A stretch of 64,000 bases of DNA from Podarcis vaucheri (taxonomy: Eukaryota): assembly GCA_965113315.1 (NCBI GenBank), contig OZ220374.1. The stretch is one strand, 5' to 3'. The notes below the pieces were generated by a model. The model worked only from the letters and a program-made list of their open reading frames with translations. It searched no databases and was not told the DNA's origin. Both the position numbers and the translations under genes were made by a program. Positions within the stretch are counted from its first letter, which is position 1; the number at the start of each line of letters is the position of its first letter. Shown piece by piece: positions 60,431 through 64,000 of this stretch.

Positions 60431-62819
60431 TTAATAAAAAATACTGGACACCATTCAGTATACTTCTATGACTACTACTATGTCTGCTGCTGCTTTTACT
60501 CCTCCTCCTCATACTCATACTACTAATAGTAGTAGTAATGTGGACAGTAGGTAGCAAGGGCCACATTAATTAAAATGGACCTAAGTTATGCTACGGATTA
60601 CAATCAGAGAAATTTCCCAATCCAGAGAAATGTTGGCTGTATTCTCTTTCTCCTGAAGTAAATGGCAAAGCTCCATTTTCAAAACAATAATGGAGCTGGG
60701 TAGCACTCTTACTCCGGCCTGTCCCATTGAAATCAATAATTCAAGTTAGTTGCTGGCTAACTCAAGTATTGTTGATTTCAGTGGGTCTGAGGTGAATCAG
60801 GGCCGAACACTGAGCTCCACTGCAGACTCATTTGGAAGGGAGCCCCTTCTGATTCCATGGAACACAGTTGATTCCATGGGTTCTTTGGGTGTTTTGTTTT
60901 GGTGTTAAGGAAGGCAGTGTTTTTATATAACGTTGAAGTATTTTCTAAGTGTAGCATCTATTGAGGAGGGGAAAGACGGGGCGGGGCAAGAATGCCAGCT
61001 TTTTCGTTTTTCTATGAACTTTGTCTTCACCCCGACCTAAGTCTGCGAAAAATGTATTTGCCATTGAGGAATGCTCTAGAGCCACAGGGAGAAGAGAGAC
61101 GCCTCTTACGCCCATCCACTCACGGTTGCAAACCTTCTTCCATTAATACATAAACAGAGGTTGCAAAGGGGTGTGTGACTTTTTTCTCTCAACGCTTTTA
61201 ACCCTCTCGGGTTCTCCTGAATAAATACAATCACATCATTCCTTGTTTTCTTTCCTAATGCGTTCCAAGGGTTTGGATTTACATTAGAATTGCCGCTCTC
61301 TTCTTCCACCAGATATCGTTCTGTGAGCTCAATGCCTCTCAAGCGTCATTCAGCGGCCAATTTCCATTGTGTTCAGCTGAATTTCTGGTCCGGTCAAAGA
61401 ATGGAGTCCAAATTCATGATTTAAAAGGCCGCAGTTCTCAGTACAACTGGAAGGGTCGCTCCTACTTCATGCGCGATCTTGGAAGACCGTCGTCATTAGC
61501 AGTTATATGGCGCATAAGGAATAATCCATTAGGCCGCAGATTGAGGGCGATGTCGCGACCATCTCGTAATTTTGATTAAGCATTCCACAGGAGTGGAAGA
61601 ATCCCGCCTACTAGGAAGGGAGTAGGTTTGGGTTTCTGTCTCCTGCGGAAGGAAAACCCATCATCAGAGTACCCAAACTTTCTATTATCCTTGGTGTCCG
61701 CAATCCTATACACACCTATATACACACCGCAAAAGCGGAGAGGACCCACACGCCATAGGTGTGGGTCCGTCTGCTATGGCGGATCTTTCTTGGGGTTGTC
61801 ACAGACAAATCAACAAAAGCGGGATGGCGGGATTCTGCAAGAGTTTTTACATGAACTCTTGTCCCTTTTGCTACTCACAAGCGAATACACGACCTCTGAA
61901 GTGAACAGGTCAGTTTAAAACGTACAAACACACGTCAAACCACCAATAGCTTCATTCTGGCTACCTAGACCAGTCGCTCTATTTGCATTTAGGAAAGCAA
62001 AGAGGTTTCACATTTTTTATATTATATTATTTTAACGTCGTCCAGTAGAGAACAGATTTCGCCCGTATTATACGCACTCATCTAATATTCATGGTCAAGC
62101 CCTACGGTTTTCCTGCTTGCTAGGCTCGTCGCCAGGTAGTTTTTAGACCATGCAAAAAGCAACGTCCGCATCCAACCTCGCTTTTTTGTGCATGCTTCTT
62201 TCTCTAGCACCTATCTGTTGGCTTTCACTGGGGACCTCCAGCTGAACTCTTTGGACGCTTCTCTTGATCCCAATGACCGGAGAAGCAAAAACTGTGCATT
62301 GGACCGACGGCGATAACCGCCCCATGTTTTTATTCCTCAGAAATCCATTTCTGAACCAGACAAATGGAGACGCCCCTAGAAATGCTCATTCTTTCATCCG
62401 CGCAGCAGGTCAGGCTGAGTTTGAAGAAGCTTCTGTTCTGATCAGTGTCCAGCAAAACTCGGCCATAGCAATGATTTAAATATAGCCTCATCTTTCTCTC
62501 TCTCACACCCCCCTGTGTTTTTGTTTTTTTATCATCAGAACTGGTCAAGCAATGAAACTGGTCAAGCAAGGAAACAAACGAACATCATATAGCATCCCCA
62601 CCTCTATTGGTACATCTTTTGATTTATTTGCTTGTTTGCTTGTTTGTTTTGCATCGTGCTTCACCCTCAAAGAGTCACAGTTTCAGACAAGTTCTCCGTA
62701 ACCAGAAGAGGGAAGGGTTTGTCTGGAAAGTGACAGACAGAAAGGCCGAAAAGGACACAGGGGGGGGGGTTGGAAAGGAGTAATTGGCTGCCCCCCTCTT
62801 CTTCTTCTTTGTAGCAAAT

Positions 62820-63560
62820 CAGACAAGACTCCTCCGGCTCTGAATGACCATCCTGGCATTGGCTAGGTTGCCGCTTTCAACTTGACCTTGGCCTCTAGTC
62901 GTGTCTCCCCTCCCTCCCCAAAAGAGCGCTGCCCTGTTAGCCTTTTGCTGGGGTAGGTTAATGAATTGAATGAGTTGGGGAAGGTTGAGTGTGCTGTGTT
63001 TTGGCTCCGCTGCAAGGCGTTTTGAGAGAATGAGATTCCCCAAAAGGAAAGGGAAGGCGAAGGGAAGCTCCCCCCCTCCCCTCCCTGCCAAATAATGGAA
63101 AGACTTCGAAGGCCACATTTTTTCTAACGGCTGAAGCCCGGAAAGCGGGGTGGTGGGGTGTGGGGATATGAAAATATGCCAGGAATAAATATTTGCCTTT
63201 GGCCATGAGGAGGAATGCGGAAAAGACCATCCAAGAGGAGAAGTAGGCTGAGGCTGGAGAGGAAAGGAGCCCTTTATTGGTTACAATTAAGAGAATTCGC
63301 TGAAATATTGTCCGGTGACAAGAGTCCCCTCTGTCGCATGCCATTCTCAGCGAAAAGGGCCAGGGCAGGGCAGACTGGGGGACGGGCAGGCGAACTGACA
63401 GATCTGTTCCTTCCTACATACAAGGGACTGGGAGTCTCTCCAAACAATGCACGATTTAGAATTCCATCCTTGTAGCACTGCAGCGAAAACAATGTTGCAA
63501 GCCCCAGCCGCTCGCACAATAGTTCATAAATACCTGTCAAGCGTGCATCAAACAAGCAGA
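62820..63560. promoter_or_regulatory. Candidate enhancer / promoter-distal element cluster
   Basis: TTTATTGG (HOX/CDX or CCAAT), CAATTA, SOX-type AAACAATG twice plus CACAAT, and TGACAG/CTGTCA sites. Confidence 0.45.
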
Positions 63561-64000
63561 CAGAGGTTTGGGTGTGGTGGGTTTTTGGTTTTGTTTTGTT
63601 TTTCCTTGCTTTTGCTTTTGTTTACAAAGACATATTTACTCCCTTCATTGCGGTCGGAGGTCAGTAAGTCTCAAATCCCCACTCTCTCGCGTGATTATAT
63701 TACCATGAATTAACTTCTACAGTACTTGCGTTTTGCAGAATGCATATAAATCCTTAAGCAGTCGTGTCTGCATAACATATACTCGTTATAGAGTATGTGA
63801 CAATGATAATAACAATAAATTATTAATTTATTAATTAATTAATAATAATTAATTAATATAAAATACTCCAAGGAAGTGCCCTTTTATTGACATAGTGGCT
63901 TTCCGTGTTGGTGCATGTGCTTACGCAGAGCGTTTCGGTGCAAAGGGTTTGCTATTAACGATGATAAGGGGGGAGTCCCTATGGTCACTCTTTGACAATA

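Larger units (their letters stand above)
52600..64000. promoter_or_regulatory. Large CpG-retaining, young-TE-free domain running off the window end
   Basis: Sustained CpG occurrence at moderate GC over more than 11 kb. I see no Sauria SINE, Tigger MITE or young LINE here, unlike the rest of the window. Confidence 0.65.

Noticed and set aside
1-64000. Naming the neighbouring developmental gene or a conserved miRNA
   Set aside because: No exon or mature miRNA sequence that I can recognise with confidence. This needs alignment.

Overview
Vertebrate nuclear DNA, most likely from a lacertid lizard (Podarcis/Lacerta-type Sauria SINEs, BovB/RTE, L1, L2, CR1, Penelope, Tigger-like and hAT MITEs). 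I find no host protein-coding gene. The only real long ORF (5755..7524) is the 3' half of a young, 5'-truncated L1 ORF2. That L1 sits in a nest: tRNA-SINE < solo LTR < (Penelope hairpin + L1). TE-rich, CpG-depleted blocks alternate with four TE-poor, CpG-retaining blocks (about 8.6-14.4, 27.5-30.9, 38-42.3 and 52.6-64 kb). These contain enhancer-like, motif-dense non-coding sequence, as expected near a developmental regulator that I cannot name from sequence. Most notable signals: a minimal hammerhead ribozyme in a Penelope terminus (51414..51451, -), a perfect 67-bp Penelope palindrome lacking its ribozyme core, a composite DNA transposon carrying an L2 tail in two copies, hAT elements with variable internal cargo, and two solo LTRs of one family. 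There are two assembly gaps. I do not see a clearly novel protein-based system. All family names come from recognition of motifs, not database searches.
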